The notes under the pieces are model-generated. The model did no database searches. It saw only the letters and a list, made by a program, of their open reading frames with translations, and was not told the origin of the DNA. A stretch of DNA of 64,000 bases from Tetramitus jugosus (taxonomy: Eukaryota; Protista; Heterolobosea): positions 437,658 to 501,657 of the forward strand of contig OW569365.1 in the NCBI GenBank assembly GCA_937625935.1, written 5' to 3'. Shown piece after piece: positions 45,560-57,164 of this stretch. The position numbers and the translations under genes were made by a program. Within the stretch, counting starts at the first letter, position 1, and the number at the start of each line of letters is the position of its first letter.

Positions 45560-46867
45560 CTAAGCTCTGAAGTGATCTTTGAGTGTTTGAGTTTGGTTTA
45601 GATTTTCAACTTCGCCACCCTTGCCATTTGTAGCTTTCAGGTGCTCGGCTACACTCTTCTTCATTGCTGCATGCAGTCCAGTACCTCTGTTTTTCAATGT
45701 CATGTTCCATAGCCATAGAGGAATGGATCCCTTCATGTCCAACCAACCGAACTCTGTGTATCTTGTCTTGGTATTTTCATGGTTATACTGCTCATAAATG
45801 TAACATCCGACCATTTCTGCTTTGATGCAAGTATTGGTCTTTTGCTTCTTAGTTTTTTGAACCGTTTGGTCTGATCCGTCGATACAATCATTCCACGGAA
45901 TAGATTTTCTGCAGAGAATGTATCGCTTGAAGTTCTGAGGTTGAACATTTTCAGTTACGAGTGTGCAAGAAGCAACGAACTCTCGGTCTGAGATCAATGG
46001 TATGCTGTATCGTTCTCTGACGATAGATACAGCATAGGGATGCTCAACTGAACCAGGAATATAAGCGAGATTCTCACACACTTTTAGCATCTCATCATTC
46101 AGCTTGTACTTCTTAGCTGTGGCTGCTTGGAGGCAGATATCAACAGGAGCATCTATAATACCTACTACCTTGCACAGTAAGCCCTTTCTGGAGTCTTTCA
46201 TCACACTCACTGGTTTCTTGGTCACAAATGATTGGAACTCGGGTTTTGATAGAACCTTGTGCCAAGTGATATTTCCAATTTTCTTCTCAGAGATGGACCA
46301 CTCCTTGATCAGTTTAATTTCATCATCAGAAAAGTGAGGAGATGATGGATCAATGCTGCTAATGGATGTACTTGTAATTTCATCAAATGAATTTGAGTCG
46401 CTGTCCAAATCACTAGTTGCATCTGTCGTGCTTCCAGTCTTGAAGGCCTGTGTTGGTGTCGATGGGGAAGTTGGGGTTGAACTCATGGTTCTTTGCGCCA
46501 ATTGGAATCGAGGCCAAACATCTTCTTTGAGCTCTAGCATCACTCCCGCACAACACGATTCAAACAAGGTCTTTGGACAGTAAGTTGCGGAGCAAGAGGT
46601 CTTAAATTGGTTCAAGGTATTATCTCTAGTGCTCTGGGAAATGTTGAGTTCATTCTTGGAGCGCGGCTCGATAAACAAGCGCATTATGTCCTTGGCGCAG
46701 TCAAAACGATTGTGGTGAGACTTCATTCTCTCATAGTTCTCCACAGTTTCAATGAACAAGAGTGGGTCTTCATTGAGAGTTTGGACAAGAAACTTGCGAA
46801 AGGAAGCTCGACTCTGTTCATTGTCTATTATGTCTTCCAACGTCAAATCAGCATAACTTTGCGACAT
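45560..46867 (-). CDS. RGS + START domain protein
   Basis: FRKFLVQTLNEDPLLF…ELNIS…LKEDVWPRF; START-like ISDREFV…LCRKSI…LDMKGSIPLWLWN. Confidence 0.82.
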   Translation of the reverse strand: MSQSYADLTLEDIIDNEQSRASFRKFLVQTLNEDPLLFIETVENYERMKSHHNRFDCAKDIMRLFIEPRSKNELNISQSTRDNTLNQFKTSCSATYCPKTLFESCCAGVMLELKEDVWPRFQLAQRTMSSTPTSPSTPTQAFKTGSTTDATSDLDSDSNSFDEITSTSISSIDPSSPHFSDDEIKLIKEWSISEKKIGNITWHKVLSKPEFQSFVTKKPVSVMKDSRKGLLCKVVGIIDAPVDICLQAATAKKYKLNDEMLKVCENLAYIPGSVEHPYAVSIVRERYSIPLISDREFVASCTLVTENVQPQNFKRYILCRKSIPWNDCIDGSDQTVQKTKKQKTNTCIKAEMVGCYIYEQYNHENTKTRYTEFGWLDMKGSIPLWLWNMTLKNRGTGLHAAMKKSVAEHLKATNGKGGEVENLNQTQTLKDHFRA

Positions 46868-47227
46868 TTTAGCTCTAAGAAGGGCGGTTCTGATACTTGG
46901 GGTTCGTCTTCGTTGTTTGTTCAGTGAGATTTGAAACTTTCTATGTTATAGGAAAGACGACTTGTCACTTGGTGTCAATCGCTCACATTCTAAACAGGAG
47001 AAGGGATACGTTTCGGGCAAGCAAAACCCGCTCACATCTTCTTTCGGTCGAACTGGTCGGATTTTCTTCATGAATTCTAATGGTAAAACGAATGGACCGA
47101 TCAACGCCTGTCAATCAGACATGACATTTCAAAAAAAAATAGCTGAACCATCAACAACACCTCATAAAAACTCAAATTTGTAATTTTTATAACCAATCTT
47201 CCAACCCCCACCAACGATTGATTGAAC

Positions 47228-49279
47228 ATGGCAGCATCAGCAACCACTTGTGCAACCGCTCTCTATGATTTCAATGCCGTAGAGCCTGATGAACTTTCCA
47301 TAAAGTTAGGTCAAACACTGCTCATTCTCATTCAGAGAGACGATGGTTGGTGTCAGTGCTACAACGAATCACTGCATCAATCTGGATTGGTACCCACCAA
47401 TTATTTGAAGATCACACCTTCATCTTCTTCACCAAGGACACCATCACCAAGAATACCGTCGTCACCAAGGAATAATGTCTCATCACCATCATCATCACCA
47501 AGAGCCAATCATCATCCAACGGCAGCGACTCAACAACAACCTTCTACTGTTCCCAATCTAAAACCTTCTGTAAATAATAATAATAATAATAATGATAGTG
47601 CTAATGTTAGTGCTACTGGTGGAGATGGCAGTAGTAATAGTACAATTGTAAAGGGTACTCGCTCAGGATCAGTCATGGCATTACAAAAAAGGTTGATGGA
47701 AAGTCTAGAATTGAATCGATTGAACAACAATAGTAATAATAATAGTAATAATAGTAACAATAGTAGTAGTATGAGTAATGTAGCGCGACCATTTGCTACA
47801 CCTCCATCTCCAATATCATCTGCCACTTCTTCATCGACATCGGCAGCATCGTCATCGACAAACAACAATCAATTGCTCAATAGAGCAGGTGTAAGCAGGG
47901 TATCACCTAGAGCGAACAACACGGATGATAGTGCACAAGTCAATCCTCATCGCAAACCCGTTCCCACGATACCAAAAATTAGTTTGAAACCGACCATTGC
48001 AACAGCTACAACAGCGACGACATTGACAACAGTTGCCAGAAATGATAGAGCTCACATTGAACCTCCTTTGGACAACTCCGCTGCTGCGAATCGTACGATT
48101 CATTTCGCGCTCGAAAAACAACAATTGGAAAGCTCGAATATGATTACGCTAAAAAAGAAGCAAGTGAAGCGAAATCAGCTGAGACATGAGATTTTAACAA
48201 CGGAAAAGAGCTATGTCAAGGGATTGATCATTCTGAGGGACAAGTTCTCGAAACCAATCAAGGAACAAGGTCTCATGTCCGATGTAGCGTACAACAAGGT
48301 TTTCCCATCTGAACTCTGTATTATTACCAATGTCAACACTCAATTCTTGCAGTATTTGGAAAGAATTTTGAGTGATACATCGTCAATGGTTATTGATATG
48401 GATCAATTTAAGCTCATGGCGACACCTAGAGCCAGATCCAACTCGAACAACTACAAGAGTCAATCGACTCAATTGGCCAAGTTATTACTCCAATATGCTC
48501 ACTCCTTTAAGTTGTACAGTGACTATATTAATAAGTATCCATCGATTGCCGGTGCTCTACGAGAGGAGTTGGCCACAAATACCAAATTAGCATCATTTTT
48601 GCAAAAGCAAAAGAATCACTTGCTAAATAGTGGAGAGAGAGCTGGTGCCATATTAGATTATGCTATTACACCTGTTCAACGATTACCTCGATATCGATTG
48701 TTGTTTGATGAGTTACTTCAAAACACTGAAGTAGATCACGAGTCATATCAGATGCTCCAACAAGCTTGTCAGTTCATTCGACAGATTGCAGAATTTTGTA
48801 ACGAAAAGGGAAAAGACCCAGACCAGCAAAAGACTCTGCTTCATGTCGCCAATAGATTGAATAATCGAGATTTTGTGCAACCCAATCGAAAGGTTCTCCT
48901 TTCGTTGGTTGATCAAACAATTGTCAGATACATGAAAAAGGATGTTGCATGTGAATGTGATCTTTTTGTTGCCTCTGATTCCTTTGTCATTTTCCTGAAA
49001 CAAGATCAGCCATTGCCAAGCAGTGGTGGACTTATTGGAAAAAAAGTGACCAGTACAAAGCCTGACGAGCAGAGCATTATTCAACTATTGAAGGATAAAA
49101 ATGGTTCCATCGAATCTGTTGGCATATCCAAGTCGTACGTGAACTTGGAAATATGTATATTAGTAATTGAGGTCAAGTACAGTGACAAGTCGAGGAAAGC
49201 CGACATTCATTGTCTGTATTGCACTAGCATGGACAGTTTGAGGAGCATTGAGTCGACCATTCGAAAGATAGTTGCCTGA
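47228..49279 (+). CDS. SH3 + DH (RhoGEF) + PH-like protein
   Basis: ALYDF…ELS…DGW…GLVPTNY; EILTTEKSYV…PVQRLPRYRLL. Confidence 0.9.
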   Translation: MAASATTCATALYDFNAVEPDELSIKLGQTLLILIQRDDGWCQCYNESLHQSGLVPTNYLKITPSSSSPRTPSPRIPSSPRNNVSSPSSSPRANHHPTAATQQQPSTVPNLKPSVNNNNNNNDSANVSATGGDGSSNSTIVKGTRSGSVMALQKRLMESLELNRLNNNSNNNSNNSNNSSSMSNVARPFATPPSPISSATSSSTSAASSSTNNNQLLNRAGVSRVSPRANNTDDSAQVNPHRKPVPTIPKISLKPTIATATTATTLTTVARNDRAHIEPPLDNSAAANRTIHFALEKQQLESSNMITLKKKQVKRNQLRHEILTTEKSYVKGLIILRDKFSKPIKEQGLMSDVAYNKVFPSELCIITNVNTQFLQYLERILSDTSSMVIDMDQFKLMATPRARSNSNNYKSQSTQLAKLLLQYAHSFKLYSDYINKYPSIAGALREELATNTKLASFLQKQKNHLLNSGERAGAILDYAITPVQRLPRYRLLFDELLQNTEVDHESYQMLQQACQFIRQIAEFCNEKGKDPDQQKTLLHVANRLNNRDFVQPNRKVLLSLVDQTIVRYMKKDVACECDLFVASDSFVIFLKQDQPLPSSGGLIGKKVTSTKPDEQSIIQLLKDKNGSIESVGISKSYVNLEICILVIEVKYSDKSRKADIHCLYCTSMDSLRSIESTIRKIVA

Positions 49280-49424
49280 GATTGCGTCACTGTTGGTTGC
49301 CCAAGGGAATAAAATGTAATTCAGAATTGCCTTGCAAAATATCAGGGTTCACACCAACTTTTGTTCCCAAAATATGAGCTTCTTTTATTGGTTACTTAAC
49401 TTGGCCACCATTCACAATAAGGAC

Positions 49425-50153
49425 TTATCCAAAATACTTGAGGCATGTAGCATTGCACAAATGTTCGGTCCACTTGGCAATTGGACATCTAAATCGATTC
49501 TTGGACAAGTTACAGCCTGCCAAGAATGGAGCTGGCATGAGCAGATTTTGTGGAAGGGCAGTGAGTTGATTGTTACTCAAGTCCAAATATCTCAAATTGA
49601 ATTTTGAGTACAAATCAGACAAAGAATTTGGGATTGCACCAGAGAATGAATTGCCAGCCAAGTTCAGTTGATTGAGTCTTGGAAGTTGAGTCACTTGAAC
49701 TGGGAAGTCACCAGAGAAGAGATTGGCAGACAAATCCAATAAATACAAGTTTTGCAACAAGTTGAAGGATTTTGGCAAGCTCTTGAGTGAGTTGGATTTC
49801 AATTGCAAATTGGTCAACAATTTCAAAGATCCAAAGCTCTCTGGAATGGCACCCTGCAGGTTATTCATGGAGAGATCAAGAACATCCAATCTTGTCAAGT
49901 TTCCAATCGAGGCTGGAAGTTGACCACGCAAGTTATTGTTTGGTAATTTCAAATCGGTGACATAGGAATAAGCGTCACAAGAGACACCATTCCACTGACA
50001 ATAATTACTGTTCTGGAGCCAGTTGCCTCTGCTTTTCCAATCAAAACCGTCAGTTTGCTCAAACAACTCTGTGAGTGCAGCAAATTGACTATCAATTGCA
50101 AAAGCAGAATGAAGGAACAAGCAGATGAACAAGGATAGGATGATAATCTTCAT
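49425..50153 (-). CDS. Secreted leucine-rich repeat protein (plant-type LRR with N-terminal Cys cap)
   Basis: Signal peptide, CQWNGVSC cap, LxLxxNxLxGxIP repeats. Confidence 0.9.
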   Translation of the reverse strand: MKIIILSLFICLFLHSAFAIDSQFAALTELFEQTDGFDWKSRGNWLQNSNYCQWNGVSCDAYSYVTDLKLPNNNLRGQLPASIGNLTRLDVLDLSMNNLQGAIPESFGSLKLLTNLQLKSNSLKSLPKSFNLLQNLYLLDLSANLFSGDFPVQVTQLPRLNQLNLAGNSFSGAIPNSLSDLYSKFNLRYLDLSNNQLTALPQNLLMPAPFLAGCNLSKNRFRCPIAKWTEHLCNATCLKYFG

Positions 50154-50590
50154 TGTTGTGTGTTGTTTTTATAGTGAAACTCTGTGCTGCGCAGTGTGGA
50201 AGATAGTTTCCGAGAAATCCCAGAAACGTCGGACATGGGAGAACAACATTGTAGTTCATTGAGCGGAGAAACGGTAAAAATTTGGATAAATTCCCCTAGT
50301 GTCATCTGTCTCCTCGTTTGGTCCAAAGGGTCAAGCAGTAACGTTCCTACTGTAGTTGTTGAAGAAGCTGAATAATCTCCATCATTTTGAGTCATTCCAT
50401 TCTCCATCTGATATCTAGTGTTGGAGTTCGCAGCGACTGCTGCAATGACAAAGATGACAATAATTGTTCAAGCAATGATCAACAATTTGGCAGATGCTTT
50501 GTTCTGGCATTGTGAACCGGGGTATCTATCAGCACAAACACAGGAGCCATGTCCAGAACATACTACATCATCGAATGCCTCGTTGCAAAA
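50150..50590 (-). pseudogene. Relic of an EGF-repeat transmembrane gene
   Basis: Minus frame reads FCNEAFDDVVCSGHGSCVCADRYPGSQC…KLLIIA*TIIVIFVIAAV…, with TGA at 50468-50470 and no credible start. Confidence 0.5.
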
Positions 50591-50880
50591 GGATACAGCG
50601 TATTTACTGATGAATGTAGCATACTTGCTAGACATCATGATTTGTAACTCAGCAAAAAGATTACCTCTCTTGGATGAAGCAAACTGGTATCTATTCCTGG
50701 ATACATCCTATGTGCAGTGGCAGCCATTCATGAACCTACATTATGGGACACTACTATTCTCCGAGAGGATCTTCTTAAAAGGAAAGAATTGACTGTAGGT
50801 GCGATATCGTCAATTCTTTCCTTTTAAGAAACTTCCCATCAGATTCAAGAAAAAAGAGAAGTTAAAAAAATAGAAAGAGA

Positions 50881-53800
50881 ATGAGCCATTTGTTCTTGTT
50901 TGTATTGAGAGCCTTCATGTTTTCTTTGGTGCTATGCACCACCATACCAAGTAAGTATTGTTCATACGACAACCATAAACCTGTAACTCACGAAATTTTC
51001 TAGTATTTTGTCGAGCAGGTAGACTCAGAACCGTTGCAGGTACCTTTGGGCTTGGCGGTTATTCAGGAGATGGGGGATCGGCACTCAGTGCTCAACTGAA
51101 TTCTCCATATGGGATAGCGGTTTCAGGCGATGGCGAAGTATACATTGCAGATTCGCATAACAACCGCATTCGAAAGGTGTTGAAGAACGGAAACATAATT
51201 ACGATCGCTGGAACAGGAACTCCGGGTTTCTCAGGAGATGGAGAGTCTGCAACTTATGCTCAGCTAATTTCTCCACGAGGAGTTGTTGTTTCAGGTGATG
51301 GAGAAGTTTTGTTTGCCGATAATCATCGCATCCGTAAGATCATGAAGAATGGAAATATTATGACTCTTGCTGGAAATGGTACTCGTGGATATTCTGGCGA
51401 TGGAGGACCTGCCTTAAAAGCTCAGCTAGATTTTACATATGGAGTTGCAGTTTCAAGAAGTGGTGAGGTATACTTTCCTGCTCGAGAGCATCACTGTATT
51501 CGAAAAATTTTATTGAACGGGACTATCATCACAATTGCTGGTAATGGAACTCAAGGATATTTAGGAGATGGAGGACCTGCTAGAGAGTCTCTGTTATACT
51601 CTCCTCACGCTGTTTCAGTTTCAAGGAATGGTGAGGTATACATTGCTGATTCGTATAACAACCGCATTCGAAAGATCTTGTTGAACGGGACTATCATCAC
51701 AATTGCTGGTAATGGAAGAAATGGATATTCAGGAGACGGAGGACCCGCTACAAGTGCCCGTATATATGCTCCAGATGGAGTTGCTGTTTCAAGTGCTGGT
51801 GAGGTGTACATAGCAGATACTTACAATCACCGCATACGAAAAGTATTACTGAATGGAACAATCATTACGATTGCAATGAATGGAACTGAGAATAATAATT
51901 CAGGTGAGAAGGTTCGACTCGAACATCCTCGTTACATTTGTGTTTCATTACATGGAGAGGTGTATATTGCTGATTCTAAATATCATCGTGTTACAGCTAT
52001 CATGGACGATCCATTTTGTTATGGAAAACTATCAACAGATCCAGAAGTATGCGCAGGAAAGGGAACATGTGTGTCATCTGATATCTGTTTATGCAACTAT
52101 GGTTATGGAGGATACAATTGTTCTGCTACAATATGTTATGGTTTCCTTTCAATCGATCCTGGAGTGTGCTCAGATCATGGTGCTTGCGTTTCACCTAATA
52201 ACTGCTCATGTTTCCCTGGCTTCGGTGCACTCGATTGTTCTGATACAACTTGCGATGATATTCTCTCAATTGATGATAGAGTTTGTTCGGGCCATGGTTC
52301 ATGTATAGCTCCCAATAATTGTTTATGTGACAGCGGCTATGTAGGGAGTAATTGCTCTACTGTGAATTGCTACGGTATAGAATCTATCCATCCAGACGTA
52401 TGCTCTGGGAATGGACGGTGTATACGGCCGGAGTTTTGTGAATGTCACAGTGGGTATGCTGGTACTAACTGTTCAGATACCGCTTGCTACGGAGAACTTC
52501 CCACAAGTTACACAGTTTGTTCAGGTCATGGAGAGTGTATTTCATCCAATAATTGTTCTTGTTCTACGGGCTATGATGGTGCTGATTGCTCAATCAAGGT
52601 TTGTCATGGTATCCATTCCACAAATCCTGAAGTTTGTTCAGGACACGGATCGTGTATATCACCTAATAATTGTTCTTGTGATGATGGTTATGGTACAGAT
52701 ACGTGTTTAGAAGTATCCTGCTATGGTATTCTTCGGACAGATTATCAAGTTTGTGCAAATAATGGGACATGTGTAGGTCCTAACAACTGCTCATGTCGAG
52801 ATGGTTTTGGTTATCATGACTGCTCGATCATATCGTGTCATAGCATGCTTTCCACAGATCCTGAAGTTTGTTCAGGACACGGATCGTGTATATCACCTAA
52901 TAATTGTTCATGCCACGTGGGATATGGTCATAAAGATTGCTCTGCTAGTATATGTTATGGTAAATATTCCACCGAAGAAAAAGTGTGTTCGGGTCATGGG
53001 ATATGTATTTCCCCAGATAACTGCTCATGCGATAATGGTTATGGTACAGATACGTGTTCCGATATGCTCTGTTATGGAATTATCTCTAGTAATCGTAGTG
53101 TTTGTTCAGGACATGGGAACTGTTCGGAAATTGATTCTTGTTCTTGTTTCAGTGGTTACACAGAAAAGAACTGCTCTGAAATATCATGTTATGGAAAGAT
53201 TCACAGCAGCGTTGAAGTTTGTTCAGGTCATGGAAAATGTACAGGTCCGAATCAGTGTTCATGCTACAGTGGTTATCGTCAATCAGACTGCTCCACATTT
53301 ACAGAAAGTAACACCAAACTGGTTAAAAGAACTATTATTCCATTGAGCATGTTTGCTATATGTTCTCTTGTGGTGATAACAAGCATCATAGTCCTCTTAA
53401 TATATAAACAGAAATTGAAAAAAAAGAGAGACAATGAATTGCAGGCCAAGTTATTGGATTATGAAATGCCAGAAATTGATGAGGATGAAAGATCGCAAAA
53501 ATTGAGTACCATACAGATAGGAATTGACGAATTGACATTCTCTTCAAAAATTAGTGAAGGAGCAGGGGGAACAGTGTACAAAGGATTGTGGTATAATAGA
53601 ACTATAGCAATCAAAAGACTGAAGGTTGGTGGAGAAGACTCTTTCATCAGAGAGGTTTCTGTATTGAATCGCCTGAGACATCCGAATGTTATAGCTCTCT
53701 ATGGCTACTGTATTGATCATAGTGACAACAAATATATTGTTACAGAATTCGTTGATGGTGGAAGTTTAGACTCAGCTTTATACAGTAACAAACTGAAGAA

Positions 53801-54410
53801 GTTTGAATCAAAGATTTCAGCATTGTTAGATATTGCGCAAGGTATGCATTATCTTCATAGTCGAAATCCTAAAGTGTTACATATGGACATTAAACCTCAG
53901 AATGTGCTGGTTCAAGATGATAACACATGCAAACTCTGCGACTTTGGTGTATCCAAAATTACTGATCATTCACTTACTGTGGGAGTAAGTTACGGAACAT
54001 GGCAGTATATGTGCCCAGAGTTGCTCTCTCAAAGTGATTATGACGAGAAATGTGATGTTTTTAGTTTTGGAATCATGATGCACGAAGTTTTCACACTTGA
54101 GAAGCCGTACATGTCTTCCAACATAACGAATCCATTGTCATTTGCCTTACTAGTTCTACAAGGAAAAAGACCCTTCATTCCGTCGTGTGTATTGACACAA
54201 CATGACAATGGTAATGAGACACTCATTGCAGAATTCTTTTACAAGAGCAATGAACTGAAGCATGAGATGTCAGAGAGAGAGATCGGCCAAATAACAATCA
54301 AATTCTTCCAATTGTGTGTCGCTTGTTGGTCACAATACTCGGCAGAAAGACCAAACTTTGACAACATCATTAAATTGTTGAAGGAAATTCGAGCATTTAT
54401 GAACCAATAA
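50881..54410 (+). CDS. Receptor-like kinase: signal peptide, 6 NHL repeats, 11 EGF-like repeats, TM, TKL-type kinase; 2 exons
   Basis: Exon 1 encodes the signal peptide; intron 50951-51003 (GTAAGT…TAG; alternative in-frame acceptor at 51018). TIAGNG…GYSGDGG repeats, 39-aa CxG…VCSGHGxC repeats, IAIK, HMDIKPQN, DFG, GTWQYMCPE. Confidence 0.9.
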
Positions 54411-54610
54411 ACTTTGGATCAAATTCTTCAGTTTCCACAACACTGACTGACGTGTTACCAGGATTCAATTGATGACAACTATGGAAATTTTGAGTACGTC
54501 ATCTTCGTGGCTACACTAGCAAGCCCAAAAGATAACTACAAGAGAATTAAACACAGAGACACAAACTCAATCAAGAATTACCAAACACGAATTGACTCTA
54601 CTGCTGGTAT

Positions 54611-56195
54611 ATGAAGTATCGATTCTGGATAATGGGATGTTCAATTATTGCTGCTTATAGAAGCGAGGATCCTAACCTCCAAGTAGGCGCTTGTTTAGCT
54701 CGATGTATGACACCAGATCCACCATCTGATGCACCATCTGAACCACAAGGTATTATCAATATTTATGGAGTATCGTATAATGGTACTATCCAGAAAGCAC
54801 TGGAGTTAGATTTTCCAAACGCAGAAGAAAAGGGTAAATTCTCTATGCACGCACATGTACCAAACAAAAAACTCTATTATTCTCACCGAAAATTCGGAGT
54901 GCTATGCAGTATTTGTGGGGTCAATACTCCCATGATCGATATGTCTGTTTCGCCACTCGCTCAAGACCCGTACAGAGTTATGATTTCGTGTATGACATCT
55001 GCAGGATGAGTTGCTGCAAATCCTTCTGTCACAATTTAACAAATTCAACCAGGAAATCCAGTGAATGATGTTATGATTACTGTAAAATTCATTGTAAGGA
55101 AGCAGGACCAAATTTGTTGCAACAATAGACTTCAAAAAATCAATCCAACCAACACATGCAAACAGATATCACCCACTCATATCACGTAACCAGTTTACCT
55201 ACACTGTACGATAAACTCCATTTAACATTAGCAGACAGCCGCTATTTCGAAGGAGTGTTTTATGGCATCCCTTGTGTCTTTTTTGCTACTACCCTCATGA
55301 GTAGTAATGTTAAATGGAGTATGTACCCACGAAGTGCAGAAAATGATACGTATTGGTACAGGGTATGGGTTCCTTTATCTCACTGGCAGTTCCACGTTAA
55401 TGGCTACAAGTTGTATCATTTCCATGAGGCTGGAACGTCTGTAAAGCAAATCAGACTCGTTTTCGTTGATAGACAAAAACAGCGAGATTTTGACTCGGTT
55501 ATTGCGTATCGTTAACAAAGATACGATCACTGTGAGAGAATTGAATATGCTTGAAGAAAATGGATACATGTGGTTCGATGGAAACAATTGGAGTTGCCCT
55601 GCGTACCCTTCCCACAAAGTGTGGATAAATTTTATTGTTCTTGGGCAAGTGAGTATTGGCAATGCAGACAAACAGTTTGCAAACGAAACCATCACACTGG
55701 ATACTCTTGCTAATAACACAGACACTTTCTTTTGGGATAAAGTGTGTAAATTTTCCCTCAAGCCACCTGAAGCAATTACACATCAGTCCGAATGGTTTTC
55801 CATCTATGTTAATTTGAGGACAGGTGCAGAATTGGTAACCACTCATGGAGACACGCAACGAATAATGTCGGAGGAATTACAGGATAATTTGGAGAAGATG
55901 GATATTCAAGTACTAGAAGATCGTATTAAACTGCTGGATCAACAGCAGGATCAACAGCAGGCAAACTGAGGGACAAGATACGAGGCGATGTTGCATAAAT
56001 TGAATCTCAATATCATGGGTCATACAGGAAATTCACAAATGAATATGATGCTTCTGATGAGTTCGTCAAATTGTATCGCAAGTTGGAGTCATTGGTACAA
56101 TGTTTATGTTCAGTCAGTGTTGTTGAAGAAAAACAAGCAATAACAGCAGTGAAACAGCTTCTTGAATTAAGGGATAGGTCAATCATGGATGTATA
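54611..56195 (+). pseudogene. Decayed dCMP/cytidine-deaminase-like + PHYHIP-C-like fusion gene
   Basis: AAYRSEDPNLQVGAC, SYNG and MHA, then a shifted-frame AVFVGSILP*SIC. Downstream fragments 55156-55515 and 55466-55969 are separated by frameshifts and stops. Confidence 0.55.
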
Positions 56196-56956
56196 AACTA
56201 CATACAGTTTCCTTCAGACGAAGAATCTGACAATGAACAGAGTGAAGAAGATGTGAAGAAGATGGTGCAAATGACCAAAGTGACGACGTATCCAGTATTG
56301 AATTTGAGTAACAGTAGTCCATTGTACAATACACACATGTCGCCATCACAGTAAAGTTCTGTCTGGGCTCTCTTCTCCTGTCAATGGAGCATAACGTAGA
56401 GTCTCTAGAATCTGGTTCACCATTCATAGACATCAGAGGTTCTGGTCCACTTGACACTCCACCAAATCCTTGATTGGTTGACCCGAGCATCCTTGTATCC
56501 TCGACAACATGTACCAGATTACCTGACAACGGATGACAAGTACCTCTGACGAATATCTTAACCTTGGTATCAAAGCATAGCCATATCCATCATAAATTCG
56601 AAGCACTTGCAGTGCTGACAATGTGTATTTCCGAAAGCGTTGGTTTTTCCATTGTTTCTTCGATTCCTCATTGGGGAAATGGTGTTCGAGTTTTGAATCT
56701 TCAGAACTTAACAAATCACTGCCTTGCAACCAAACAATAACATATTTCATCAATGGAAGTGCGTCCTTTGATATCTGACTCTTGTGCTGGCCGTTCCGTC
56801 AGGAGTGGTTGACCTGTTGAGCTCGACTGGGATGGAATACAACCTATAGAAATTCTAGTTCCACATTACCGGTCCCATTCTTAGTTGTTCATGTTTTCTT
56901 CGAAAGAAAAGAGAAGCCCGTGTTACTTGTATTTTCAGCTTTCACAAGAGCTCAGA

Positions 56957-57164
56957 GGGAGCGTCCAGATATTATATTCACCTCTGACCCCCTCCCTGCC
57001 TGTTTTGAATAAATTTGAATAACACATTTTCCTGTAAATTCGAACGTTACGTTAATTCTCCTACTAGGATTGGGATCAAGAGACCCCCTATGAATAAATA
57101 TTTGAATAAATTTCTCAGACCCCCTCCCTAGGGGGGTCGTAAGAAATAATATCTGGACGCTCCC
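56957..57164. mobile_element. MITE copy 1 (208 bp), 19-bp perfect TIR GGGAGCGTCCAGATATTAT, 3-bp TSD AGA
   Basis: TIRs at both ends; AGA at 56954-56956 and 57165-57167. Confidence 0.88.

Noticed and set aside
50468-50470. Selenocysteine codon
   Set aside because: It lies in a TM helix of a fragment, not in a redox or metal motif; GGA->TGA decay is likelier.
1370-54410. Stop codons embedded in TAAA/AATAAA poly(A)-like signals
   Set aside because: Only about half of TAA stops are followed by A, which is not clearly above expectation for AT-rich 3' flanks.
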